A stretch of 64,000 bases of DNA from Octopus vulgaris (taxonomy: Eukaryota): positions 111,166,001 through 111,230,000 of the forward strand of contig OX597823.1 of the NCBI GenBank assembly GCA_951406725.2. The letters run 5' to 3'. Below are positions 51,727 to 64,000 of the stretch, one piece after another (the stretch's first letter is position 1; each line of letters begins with the position of its first letter). A model generated the notes under the pieces. It was not told the origin of the DNA, searched no databases, and was given only the letters and a program-made list of their open reading frames with translations. The translations under genes and the position numbers were made by a program.

Positions 51727-53327
51727 TATATGTATACATATACATACATATATATATATATACACACACGCATGTACATACTTGCACATGTACGTGCACA
51801 CACATAGCGTCTGACGTGTGTGAAATGTATAAAGAAAAAGCCATCGTTAAAATTTACTGTTCAGTGATTAAAGAGTATCTTCTACATCATTTGTGAAGTG
51901 TCTTCTTCTCCATCATCCACTTAAAGATATTCTCCTGCTTTTACATATTGCTTCCTCTTCACACACACACAAAAAGCACATGCACATACATGTATATGTA
52001 AGCCTATACACTTTCGTACGCATGCATATACATGCTTAAATATATATATGTGTGCATGTGTGTGTATATATATATATGCATATGCATGTATATATAGATA
52101 TATATGTATACGTGTGATATATATGTATATGTGTGTGTATATATATATATATATAAATCTTCAGACAGTCTCTGTATGCTTTTTCTATGTCTATACATGT
52201 GTATTTGTATATCTGTGTGTACACACACACACATGTACAGATGTACAAAAGGCATATACACGCTGTCTGAATTGTTAAATAAAAGCATTGTAAAAAAAAA
52301 CGTGCAAACATGCATTCATGCATACATTCGCATATATAGATAAATTCATATACATACATACATATATATATAGATAGATATATATATATATACATACACA
52401 TACATATACATGAGAAAATATAAAAGACAAAAGCCATATTCTTTTGTATCATTCACCAAACTCCCCATCCCTTTACATCTGTCTCCCCATCTTGCTCTCT
52501 TTCTCTCCCGTATATCTATATACACACATACATGCACAAATAAACTATATTTATATGTATGTATTTTTATTTAAAATTTTATCTTCATCTTTTGACTACT
52601 CATATTTTTCCCCTTTTTTTTAAAATTTATTTTTATTTTTGAAAATGTTTGTTTGACAAGATTTGTTTTCCTTCTTTTAAATTTATACATGTATACATTT
52701 CTCATCCGGTTGCTGTTATTCTTTAAATTTATTTTCTTAAAATTTTTATTTTATTTATTGTATTCTTTATCAGTATTTTAGAATTGTTTATTTACTTTTT
52801 ATAAATTTTGTGTTTTTATTTCACGCTTTACGCTTTACATTTTCCGTATTTTTAGCTTCCATTTTCCATTTTTTCCGATTCTTTGTTTTATTGGTTTAGA
52901 TTTTACTTCTTTATTTCAATTTGTTTTAGAAATTTTCTTCTTTTTTATTGATTCTTATGTTATTTTACTTGCTCTTTTTAACTTTTGTTAGGTTGTTTTT
53001 ATTTTAAATTGATATTGACTTTTATTTCATTCTATTAAATTGTTTCATTGTAGTTTACAATTTTTTTTCTTGGTTTTTTGATTTTTACACGAAATTTTGA
53101 TTATTACTTGACGAAAATCATTTGAGTGTGAGCTGTGTGTATGAGTATGTGTATGCTGGTTATGTGTACACATAAGTGTGTGTGTTATCTGTATATGCAT
53201 TCATATAAATATCTAAATATCTGTGTATCTTTCCATATAAATGTATAACTACATATAATTGTTGTTTATATACATGTGGATATGTGTGTGAGTATATGTA
53301 TATATATGTGCAGGTAAATATATATAT

Positions 53328-53642
53328 GTGGCACGTAAAAACACCATCCAAATGTGGCCGATGCCATCGCCGCCTTGGCTGCCTTCCATGCCGGTGGTAC
53401 GTAAAAAGCACCAAACGATCATGGCCATTCCCTGCCTTGGCTGGACCCTGTGCTGGTGGCATGTAAAATGCACCCACCACACTCACAGAGTGGTTGGCGT
53501 TAGGAAGGGCATCCAGCTGTAGAAACACTGCCAGATCAGACTGGTGTCTGGTGCAGCCGCCTGGCTTCCAAGACCCATCCAATCGAACCGTCCAATCAAT
53601 GCTAGCATGGAAAACGGACGTTAAACGATGATGATGATGATG
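53328..53642 (+). mobile_element. RTE-LINE-type 3' tail (family C)
   Basis: Subrepeats plus terminus GGACGTTAAAC(GAT)n. Confidence 0.9.
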
Positions 53643-53974
53643 TATGTAAGTATGTGTATGTATATATATATATACATATCATCATCATTATTTTCATGTC
53701 AACAACTTTTCTATCCTTGCATGGGTCTGACAGGTTTACTAAGAGATTGTTCAATGATCTGATGCCCTTCCAGTTGCTATCCTTTACCTATTTCCAATCA
53801 GGGTAATATTTCTCTCTGGCCAGAGGTGTCCTTTTAGAGAATTGGAAATGAACGACATTTATTTACAATTATACTATTCCAAGACAAAGGGACTCAAGCT
53901 CACACACATGTTTACACCTTACATACGTACAGGTATATATACATACATATATACATACATATAGTCATACATGG

Positions 53975-54374
53975 TTTTCAGGCTAAATTTAACGATATTT
54001 TATGTATCCTTTTCCAGGAACAGTTTGATATATTAGTGAGCAGCCAATGGTGTTTGAGAGCTTGAAGAGTAAACTTGTACACGAGAAAAAGTTAGCTGAC
54101 ATAGAGGACAGGGAGCCATTTGAATACTGGACATTTGCACTGGATATCAGAATCCCAATGTAACAATTGCTCAATGTTCTGTGAACTTTGACATCATGAA
54201 AACCAAGTTACCCAAACTGTGATGATCATTGGGTGTGTTTTCACTTAGGATGAAGTTGTGCCATTCCTTGCCATACCTTTGGAAAGAGTCAGAATTCTGG
54301 TTTCCTAATTCCCCATGGATTAGTGTGTAGGGGCTGTGGTTGAGAAAGACACCATCTGCTCTGCCAGCAACACC
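53975..54374 (+). pseudogene. Decayed Tc1/mariner-superfamily transposase fragment
   Basis: MKTKLP..(frameshift)..LGVFS and FWFPNSP..VVEKDT resemble the VMVWG and WPPNSPDLNP regions; internally deleted. Confidence 0.45.
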
Positions 54375-54392
54375 AATATATATATATATATA

Positions 54393-54551
54393 TAGGCATG
54401 GCTGTGTGATAAGAAGATTGCTTCCCAACCACATAGTTGCAGGTTCAGTCCCACTGCATGGCACCTTGGGTAAGTGTTTCCTAGTATAGCCTCACCTCAG
54501 GCTGACCAAAGCCTTGTGAGCGGATTTGGTAGACAGAAACTGAAAGAAGCC

Positions 54552-54620
<69 letters not shown>

Positions 54621-54640
54621 TGTGCATCCATGTTTGTTTC
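54393..54640 (+). mobile_element. SINE family B, 5' half
   Basis: GGCATGGCTGTGTG..GGTTCAGTCCCACTGCATGGCACCTTGGG..GAAACTGAAAGAAGCCC-(TA)n. Confidence 0.85.
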
Positions 54641-54649
54641 CTCACTATC

Positions 54650-55090
54650 ACTGCACTGGTCTGCTCATGTGATGTGAATGGATGAAGACAGTTGTGTAAA
54701 GAAGTACTGATCACTAACTGTGGAGGGAACCTGTGGAAGAGATAGACCCAGGAAGACATGAGACAAGTTGGTGAAGCATGATCTTTGAACATTAGGCTTC
54801 ATGAAGGCAATGACAAGTGACTGAGACCTTTGGCGATATGCTATGCATGCGAAGACTTGTCAAGCCAAGTGAAGCTGTAGTTGTGGGCGATGCTAGTCCC
54901 ATGTGACTGACACCCCTTGCCAGTGGCACATTAAAAGTACCCATTGCATTCTTGGAGTGGTTGGCATTAGGAAGGGCATCCAGTCATAGAAATCATGGTA
55001 TACCAGACTGAAACTTGGTGCAGCTCCACAGCATACTAGTTCCAGTCAAACCATGGAAAACAGATGCTAAATGGAGATGATGATGATGAT
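54650..55090 (+). mobile_element. 5'-truncated RTE-clade LINE (ORF C-terminus plus 3' UTR)
   Basis: Translates to LHWSAHVM*MDEDSCVKKY*SLTVEGTCGRDRPRKT*DKLVKHDL*TLG..MTSD*DLWRYA (RTE motifs LRWxGHV...GRPRKTW...DRxxWR), followed by the family C UTR and (GAT)n. Confidence 0.9.
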
Positions 55091-55092
55091 AT

Positions 55093-55152
<60 letters not shown>

Positions 55153-55209
55153 GAGTGGACAAATGAAAGGAAAGGGCACTCACACATTTAGTAGGAGTTA
55201 CATCTACTA

Positions 55210-55422
55210 TTTAAAACAGTTTGGTTTGGTTCCATGCTGCTTCAAGTTCTGCAGGCCCCTAATGAGAACCCGACTCCTTTAGACTTCAGAAATGCTAAAT
55301 GGAGAAATCTTGGACTCCCTGGATCTCTCCATTCAGCATTCCAGAAGCCTGAAGGAGTTGGGCTCTCATTAAGGACCTGTGAAACTTGAAGTGGCACAGA
55401 ACTGAATCAAATTGCTTTAAAT
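55210..55422. mobile_element. Fold-back / MITE-like element, ~100-bp imperfect inverted arms
   Basis: ATTTAAAACAGTTTG...AATGCTAAATGGAGA is mirrored by TCTCCATTCAGCATT...CAAATTGCTTTAAAT around a ~12-nt loop. Confidence 0.8.
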
Positions 55423-55435
55423 AATATATATATAT

Positions 55436-55464
55436 TTATGTGTGTGTGTGCTGTATAGATTGTT

Positions 55465-55498
<34 letters not shown>

Positions 55499-55564
55499 TG
55501 TATGTATATATATATATATACACACATTTGTGTGTGTGTGTATGAATGTATATATGTATGTGTT

Positions 55565-55595
<31 letters not shown>

Positions 55596-55614
55596 GTATA
55601 TATATATATGTGTT

Positions 55615-55663
<49 letters not shown>

Positions 55664-55694
55664 GTATGTATATATGTGTATATATATGTATATA

Positions 55695-55749
<55 letters not shown>

Positions 55750-55807
55750 CTATGTATATATATATGTATATATATATGTATATATATATGTATATAATAT
55801 ATATATG

Positions 55808-55882
<75 letters not shown>

Positions 55883-55951
55883 TCATATATTAAATAGAAT
55901 ATATATGTATATATATATATGTATGTATATATGTGTATATATATGTATATA

Positions 55952-55994
<43 letters not shown>

Positions 55995-56044
55995 GTATAT
56001 ATCTATGTATATATATGTATATATATATGTATATATATGTATAA

Positions 56045-56093
<49 letters not shown>

Positions 56094-56120
56094 TATATTA
56101 TATATATATATATATAATAT
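55436..56120. repeat. Long (TA)n/(TATG)n microsatellite (representative; similar tracts at 3150-4930, 18340-19390, 31950-32315, 51425-51770, 56590-56950)
   Basis: Read directly from the sequence. Confidence 0.97.
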
Positions 56121-56681
56121 AACTATTAAATAGATAGATTAATAAAATTGTGTAAAGGCACAGAAGAAAGAAAATATCAAAACAGAAATATGTAAATATT
56201 AGCACACTACTATGTAGATCATATTTATTGTCTAAGAAAACACAATTGTTTATACCATAGAAAAAAATAAAAGATATGAAGTTTAGATAGAAAAAGAGCA
56301 AATAAAAGCAGTAGAACAAAAAATGTATACAGGAGTAAAAATTTTTGGAAGGAAATGAAAAATCTAAAAGTTGAAAAAATAATTCTTCACTGAAAAAATA
56401 TAAATTAGCGTAAGGATTTTGCTCTGGTTACTAAAGCCAAAATGTACATGTGTGAGTGTAAGAATATATGTATTTGCACTTGTATATATATATATATGCA
56501 CATACATATATCCATCCATGTATATATGTGTGTGTATATACATGCATATAAGCATATACACACAAACATACATATATGCATACATACAGATAGATATGTG
56601 TGTGTGTATAGATAGATAAGTAGGTAGATAGAAAGATAGATAGATTGTAAGACAGTAAGTAAGGTTGATAGACAGACAGAC

Positions 56682-56762
<81 letters not shown>

Positions 56763-56786
56763 TAGATAGATAGATAGACAAATAGA

Positions 56787-56824
<38 letters not shown>

Positions 56825-56900
56825 TACATACAGATAGATAGATAGATAAATTGTAAGACATATATTAAGTAAGGTTGATAGACAGACAGATAGATAAATT

Positions 56901-56944
<44 letters not shown>

Positions 56945-57357
56945 TTAATAGATAGATATCCATATGTCTATATATAGATATAATTGTCATTATATGTCAG
57001 ATATTTTTCCAGCCTCTATTGAAGTTTAATATAGAGAGAGACTTCATTGCATAATTGCTAATTTTTTTTAACCAAATAAGGAATAAGATGCAACAGACGA
57101 CTATTTTACAAAACACCTACTCAATGCATATTTGCATACATTATGTACTATCATTTTTTTTTTTATTGCTTTCAGTAAGTAATAGTTGCTATATACATAA
57201 TTATATCTATATTTCTCCCTCCACTCCATCTCTCTGTATGACTATGTGTATATCTGTCTATGTGTCTGCACATTATATGTGCAATGTATCTATATATGTT
57301 TGTGTGTGTGTGTGTATATATATATATACATACATACATATATATATATTGTAATCA

Positions 57358-57388
<31 letters not shown>

Positions 57389-57497
57389 CGAGTGTGTGTA
57401 TGTATAAATACACACACACACACATATATATATATACATATTATATACACATGTATATGTCTATATCTATCTATCTAATTCTATATATATATATATT

Positions 57498-57535
<38 letters not shown>

Positions 57536-59126
57536 TGTGTTTGTGCAGGTATGTTTGTTGAAAAATACATATATATGTATGTGTGTATTTACACATCACA
57601 CACACTTTAATATTGAAGTAGACTTTAACACATTACTTTCATAGAATGCAGTTCATCTCCGCATTATTCTTTATGACATATATTCATATATACATACTCA
57701 CAATATAGGTAAAACGGTGATGATGATAATGGTAATATTGAAGACCATGAGGAACAGAAGTAGAATGAGGAGAGGATATAAAATTATAGAAAGATAATAA
57801 CACAACCTGACTTGAATACCATAAGGCACTTCTCTTTGAAAAAATAGCATCTAGAAACCTTGTGTATTTGTGTGTGCATGTGTATGGCATGTATATGTGC
57901 ACATATATATATACAAACATACATACACATACATTCTTATATTTGCATATATATATATATTATTGGTCAGTTGTCCATAAGTCGGAGAAAAAGCACATTC
58001 TAAAGAGAATTTTTGCAATCATATTTTATATCATCATGAAGTATATTCTGGTGATGGTGTATAATCAGTCAGAAAGTTACTGTCAGTTTCATGTCTATTG
58101 CACTTGGCAATACTGACAACTCATCAGACATACCAACCAAATGCACTCAGGCTCTATAATGCTGGAGGTAAATAGTAACCTCAGAGACAAAAGAGAGGAA
58201 AAAGAAAAATACTTTCTGTGATGAAAAGACAAGCTGCCTCCCATTGGAAGATTCCTGCTGTTGACCATGTGTGTCAGCTGTTTCTGCATGCAATTCTTCC
58301 ATTCTGTAATTCAAAAAAGAATACCATGATTCTAAAATGGATTTTCTATTATGAGGGCTGCAATTAAAAATTTCAGTTTTTGATTTCAAGAAGGCACCCA
58401 GATCATGCGAATATTTTAGGATATTTTAGGATCATACTTCTATCAGCTAAACAAAGATTTCACTAACTGCTTCCATTCAGGTATAACTCAAGATGTTCCA
58501 ACTGTTTCCACTTCATGCCGTATGGCATCCCTTCCTCTTTTAGTTGCCATATATAGCTGGCTTATGTTGTAATGTTGCACCTCCCTTGGATCCTAAAAAG
58601 ATGTGATTATTTAGTCTCATGAAAAAAGGGCTTTCCATTGCTCCAACATATATCAGTGCAAGTGTCCCTCCATTAATACTGTTATTACTGTTGCTGGACA
58701 ACAACACCTCTACTTCATAATCATAGCCTCATTGTTGCATTAACCATTCACTGAGAACTCATGGCTAACCCAACATGAGCATCCTGCCTCTGCATGGGGC
58801 TTGGGGTGTACACTTGTAACATTTTGATACTAGGTTTATAGCTGAATGAGGCCCAAAGGTTGTCTTTTGAATAATCTCCTATATCTCAAAGACTTATCTA
58901 CTAATTTTAAGGTAGACCTTTCCCGTGCAGATTTTCCTGTTGAGTGAGAAGAACACAAGAGTTAAGGAATGGAGTAGATAAGATCTGAGCTACAGATATT
59001 TCATAGCAAGCAGAACCTCAGAAGAAGTAAATATCCAAGTGGGGTGTATACAGCAGGCTGCTCTTCAAGCCAAGGATATCTTGATTAGATGAAAGTTTAC
59101 ACTGTTGCTAACTTACTTCCTTGGAT

Positions 59127-59161
<35 letters not shown>

Positions 59162-59164
<3 letters not shown>

Positions 59165-59805
59165 AAAATGGCACAAGAGTGCAAAACATCCACGCAGTAA
59201 GGTGATACAAAAAGGGACAGACGATACAAAGAAAACAAAGACAGGTCATTCGGAGTTTTCTTTCCTCAGTCGAGTTCCAGATTATCTTTGCAATTTCGGC
59301 TGGTTATACTCGAGATTGCTCCAATCTGGCCAGCCTCAAGGAAAAACTAATCTAAGAGCATTAAATTCTTTGGACGAAAGCAGTGAATGTATATGAAAAC
59401 AAGGACACAAAAAAAACGGAGAAATGGTACACAAATATGAATAACAGGACATTAACAACGAGCGTCTTTCGACTAAGAACAAATTAAATTAAACTGGTAT
59501 GTGTGGAGGTAAAGCCTTATGGCAGCGACATAAGATTTGACAGGCACAGGGAGGAATATAGATGTTGCATGGATGGTAGTCGAACCAAGTAAGAAAGGTC
59601 AGGCTTGGCCAAACACCGGTCATGTTGGGGAGAGAAGAAGGGGATAGAAGAATTAAGGAGGGGTGAGATAAAAAAGGGACAGAGTGAAGTGAAGTGAAAG
59701 GAGAGGGAAAGTGAGCATGAAGAGAAGGTCAGGAAATGTTAGTGAGGGGGAATGAAAGAACAAAGAGTGGAATGAATGAAGTTAGTGTGAAAGGGCTGCA
59801 GCAGA
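59162..59805 (-). mobile_element. Probable retroelement 3' end (pyrimidine-rich UTR, structured module, T-rich tail into (TA)n)
   Basis: Same compositional layout as the HHR-bearing elements at 8000-8305 and 9160-9478; strand inferred from that layout. Confidence 0.5.
59255..59350 (-). ncRNA. Unassigned double-pseudoknot structured RNA candidate
   Basis: Five complementary pairs in the order A-B-C-D-E-B'-D'-C'-E'-A': UUUCCU/AGGAAA, GGCUGG/CCAGCC, CCAGAUU/AAUCUGG, GCAAU/AUUGC, UCGAGU/ACUCGA. Confidence 0.55.
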
Positions 59806-59807
59806 AA

Positions 59808-60348
59808 TCTCTTATATAAAATCCGTTCTGTCTGTGTGTCTTCTCGGATCTTGGGCATCCTCCATCTGATTGCGCTCAAATTTGATATGTAGATACCAAC
59901 GTTATCAGGGCGTGTATAATTCTTGAAAAAATAACAAAAATCGATTCCAGGTGAGAATGCGATCGATATAGCTGTTTTGGTCCTGCTTTTCTTCTGTCAA
60001 CCTGTACATAACTGCACCTTCCATTTTTTGATGATTTTGTACTGCTTAAAGGCAAGTTTCTTTCCTGCCAAACTTACTGCTTATGTTTGTGTTCTCCTAG
60101 TCAACAGCATTATCATTACTGGTACTTTAAACTCTTCGGTTGCATATTTGTGTGAATAAAATCGTTTTTCTTTGGAATAGAAAAAAGTCTATCTTTATTT
60201 CTTCTTTTACTGGTGTCTCAAATTCTGGTTAAATCAGTGATTCTCAAAGGGGAGGCCTATGGGACGGTCGGACAAGTTGTTTTGAGAAAGTTTGGTTTAA
60301 ATGTTTGACAACTCAGCACCGTCCATTGGACGGGATGCGTTTTGCTCG
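59808..60348 (+). mobile_element. Non-autonomous Helitron
   Basis: 5' A|TCTCTTATATAAA; 3' hairpin CCGTCC-ATT-GGACGG (60319-60333), then CTCG|T (CTRR-like); inserted between A and T with no TSD. Confidence 0.75.
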
Positions 60349-61189
60349 TATATATATATGTAAGCATATATATGTGTGTGTATGTGTGTGTGAATTTTTA
60401 CATTAGCATTTGACTGCATACAATAGAAGGCAAGTGTTCTTGTCCAATATTTAACTGAGTAACTCCATCTTTTGCTTAGATTCTCATCCTCATAATCAAG
60501 GAATTAAAACATTTCAACAAGCTACCAACAATAATATTCACATATTTATCGCTCCCACTTACAGTGATATATTTTACAATTAAAAAAAGACTGTAATTTT
60601 TGACAGTCTAGTATAATGACTGCCGTCACAATGAACTGTAGAAGCTGACAGAATACAAAACGGTAATGATTTGGTAGCCAGCATGGACACCCGTAGTTCC
60701 AGTGTTCACATTTAATGTACCATACAGCAGAATCCAGTTAATGAAGAAAAGTCAGCGAAGAATGAACTGGTGTTCCCTATAGACAATTTTTGGAACCCTC
60801 TACGTTTCTTAATCAACAGTATGTTACTTGGGTGAATATAATATATTAATGGAGTCACTCTGACACGAGTAAGAATTGTGTTACATCTCCTTTAAATAAT
60901 GATGTTTTTGGTTGGGTAGGGTGGGGGTGGGTATTTGAAAACTCTGCATACCATTAAACAGATTTTTTTTTGTTTTTTTCAAGAAACAATATTTTCATTT
61001 AGAATTGGTAAAATTATTTTCAATTTTGTGTTTTGGTTTTTCTTGCATTTTTAAAATTGTTTTTGTTGTTTGATTCCAGTTTGAAAAATATTCTATTTTG
61101 AGCACTGTTATTCTACATATAGCAGGTGGAGAAAAAATTGCTGTTATCTCTAGTAGTTAAGCATCCATCATTGACAAGACCAAAGAAGG

Positions 61190-61225
<36 letters not shown>

Positions 61226-61276
61226 TTTTATATGATTCAGTAGTATGTTCCTGATTATGGTATATAACCAATCACA

Positions 61277-61508
61277 AGGTGGCGAGCCGGCAGAAACATT
61301 AGCATGCCCGGTGAAATGCTTAGTGGTATTTCATCTGCCATCATGTTCTGAGTTCAAATTCCGCTGAGGTCGACTTTGCCTCTCATCCTTTCGGGGTCAA
61401 TTAAATAAGTACCAGTGACGCACTGTGGTCGATATAATCAACTTAATCCGTTCGTCTGTCCTTGTTTGTCTTCTCTGTGTTTAGCCCCTTGTGGGTAGTA
61501 AAGAAATA
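61277..61508 (+). mobile_element. SINE family A monomer
   Basis: Full length; 16-bp TSD GGTATATAACCAATCA. Confidence 0.95.
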
Positions 61509-61904
61509 GGTATATAACCAATCAGAAAGCTATCATTGATATCACTATTGCACATAAGAATGCTGACAACTCCTCAGGCATGCCTGCCAGAATGTCGGAG
61601 GTAAATATACGTACAGAACTGCTTAGCTTGGAAGTGAAAAAAAAGAACCATTTTTGGGACTAGTGAATAAGAAACGTTTATACAGGTACAGCTGGCTCTT
61701 GCCTTTTTAGAAAATATTTTTTTCACCACCAAGCTAACCAAGACTAGATTTATCTCCAGCAGTAAAGAGCTTATATGCTTCAGGTCATTATGGCCGAAGA
61801 GTCAACAATCTTACCAAGTGTAATAGCAGACATGAAGTCAATGGTAAATTTCTGGCAGATTATATGCCATAACCAGGAATTTATTACTTGACAATATAAA
61901 AAGT

Positions 61905-62312
61905 AGGTACAGGAGTGGGCTGTGTGGTAAGTAGCTTGCTTACGAAGCACATGGTTCCGGGTTCAGTCCCACTGCGTGGCACCTTGGGCAAGTGTCTTCT
62001 ACTATAGCCTCGGGCCAACCAAAGCCTTGTGAGTGGATTTGGTAGATGGAAACTGAAAGAAGCCTGTCGTATATATGTATATATATATATATGTATGTGT
62101 GTGTTTGTGTGTTTGTGTTTGTCTCCCTAGCATTGCTTGACAACCGATGCTGGTGTGTTTATGTCTCCATTACTTAGCGGTTCGGCAAAAGAGACCGATA
62201 GAATAAGTACTGGGCTTACAAAAAGAATAAGTCCTGGGGTCAAGTTGCTCGATTAAAAGGTGGTGCTCCAGCATGGCCGCAGTCAAATTAAAAGAGTAAA
62301 AGAGTAAGAGTG
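61905..62312 (+). mobile_element. SINE family B, full length
   Basis: Family B head, domain and tail. Confidence 0.92.
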
Positions 62313-62377
62313 TAACTGCTCAAATTTTCCCTTTTTAGGTTGTGCTTTATTACTGACTTTCAGACAATTGACCAATG

Positions 62378-62407
<30 letters not shown>

Positions 62408-62410
<3 letters not shown>

Positions 62411-63735
62411 TTGATGGTAAGTCAAAAAATTATACTCACCCTCGTTTGTGTAATTTATTGAAATTTATTGCTGCACAAAAAAAAAAAAAAAAGAGAAAGG
62501 TTTCATCTGATCCAGCAGCCAGTTATGCTTCTTCATCCATTTTGTTTCCTCAGCCAAAGCAAATGGACAAAATTGTAAAGGATGTTTGAGCAGTTCAAAA
62601 AGGCAAAAGTTGTAAGGGGTGAAACTTGGATTGTATGCAGAGTGTTCCAACAACTCAAAGCCAAGTTTTTCAATGGTTTCAATGACATGGGTGACTGAAT
62701 GTCATGCAAAAATATTTGCTTTTACAATAGATTTCAGCATTTGGTGCCTGTTACTGGTTTCAGTTTGTTGGCCAGTATTTTACTGTATTCTACACAGATG
62801 ACTGTAGACCACTCTTCCAGGTGATGTTCCAGTATAGACATTTTTGCATCTATAAAATGGTTAGCATCACATTTTCTGCTGAAATTTGAGTTTTCAGTTT
62901 GTTTTGGGTTGGTAATTTTTGCCCTATAATCAGCCTTTTGGATTTTAGCCCACAGTGATAGATGCAGGTCCCACCTCTTGTGAATGTGCTCTCCCAAAAC
63001 CAGCTTTGCCTTCATCATTGTAGTGGCCGAGTTACTGTTGACAGATCTCCACACAATTGTGCTATTGCACTTTGGTAAGCTTGCTTGGCACCCATATTGC
63101 ACAACAGACTTTAACCCTTTTGTTACCAACCCGGCTGAAACCGCCTATGGCCCTGTAGTACAAATGTCTTGTTTTCATAAGTTTTGCATTAAAATCTTCC
63201 ACCAAAGCTTAGTCGTAATTAATGTTCCTAACACTAGCTGAATGATAACTAAGTTATTTTAGTAAATTCTTTGCTATATTTAAAGTAATTGGAAGAAACA
63301 CAGGGCACCTCAAAATAAATAGGGTATTGAAAGGGTTAAGGAAGTAAATCATGTTTGTTTTTCATATGCAGAAAACACAACCCCAATGATGGTCACTCAT
63401 TGCTTGTCAGAACCAGCTCTTGAACATGTTAAATCTTCACATCAATATTGGAGGTTAATGGGAAGACTGCTCCTTCTTCATACTCCATGCTTGTCCAGCA
63501 ATTTTTAAACTTCTCAGTCTACTTATATACGCTTGTACATAACAGAGTGCTGCCCCCGTATTGAACAGAAAACCTTCAATCAATTTCAGCCCCTGACACA
63601 CTTTCAGACCAGAGATCACTGATCTTTGTTTTTTCTTGGTGCCATGTTTACCCAGTAACATAAGAAAGAAAACTAAGGTTCCTCCTAGCATGTAAGGGCT
63701 GAAGGCAGTGTGACTAACAAAATGTAAGTTTTGGT
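62408..63735 (-). mobile_element. Decayed mariner transposon (transposase pseudogene), interrupted by a MITE
   Basis: N-terminal TKKKQRSVI..SESVSGAEID*RFSVQYG (HTH region) at about 63560-63640 and C-terminal LEHSAYNPSFTPYNFCLFELLK (YSPDLAPxDF motif) at about 62585-62650. Confidence 0.85.
63115..63335. mobile_element. piggyBac-type MITE
   Basis: TTAA target duplication (63111-63114, 63336-63339); TIRs CCCTTTTGTTACC / GGTATTGAAAGGG (10/13). Confidence 0.85.
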
Positions 63736-63805
63736 GACATATATATTTTGCCATGATAGATCGCTAGCCACTTTTTCTATTTTCTCTCCCTGTTTATTTC
63801 TCTGT

Positions 63806-63845
63806 TCTTTTCTGTCGAAGAGTGTAGGCTTGAAATATAAAAGAC
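63806..63845 (+). ncRNA. Hammerhead-like motif, CUGUCGA core (element about 63745-63938)
   Basis: UCUUUU-CUGUCGA-A-GAGU(GUAG)GCUU-GAAA-UAU-AAAAGA; more distant relative of 12050 and 33892. Confidence 0.6.
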
Positions 63846-63943
63846 TTTCTCACTTCCTGAGCGTTAAACTAATACATCTGTTTGTTGTTTACACACCCAT
63901 CTTCGTCTTTCGGTTTTTTTTTTTGTAAATTCTTACTATATAT

Positions 63944-64000
63944 AGGCATGGGTGTGGCTGTGTAGTAAGAAACTTGCTTCTCAACCACATGGTTCCGGGC
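63944..64000 (+). mobile_element. SINE family B head, cut by the window end
   Basis: GGCATGGGTGTGGCTGTGTAGTAAG..CCACATGGTTCCGGG. Confidence 0.8.

Noticed and set aside
51560-52335. Old ~120-bp duplication (AAATAAAA.CATTGTAAAA...CATGCATTCATGCAT) and a similar short one at 56640/56850
   Set aside because: Low-complexity local duplications with no element hallmarks.

Overview
This is AT-rich eukaryotic DNA packed with microsatellites ((TA)n, (CA)n, (TATG)n, (GATA)n, (CAT/CAG/CAA)n) and short retroposons. The repeat families look like those of a coleoid cephalopod, most likely Octopus (inference from family recognition, not a database search). I find no intact host protein-coding gene; almost all ORFs in the track are microsatellite or SINE artefacts. 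The window holds many tRNA-derived SINE copies in four families, RTE-LINE 3' tails, and decayed mariner, Helitron, piggyBac-MITE and hAT-MITE remnants. The most striking signal is about 12 type I hammerhead-ribozyme (HHR) motifs from about 8 unrelated short non-coding elements resembling Penelope-like pseudo-LTRs. Several sit in long inverted repeats, one is fused to a Pol III tRNA-like head, and one family carries a recurrent non-canonical core (CUGUNGA). A further element of the same layout carries a 5-helix double pseudoknot (about 59255-59350) where the hammerhead would be; I cannot assign it to a known ribozyme class. Structures were folded by eye and repeat boundaries are approximate.
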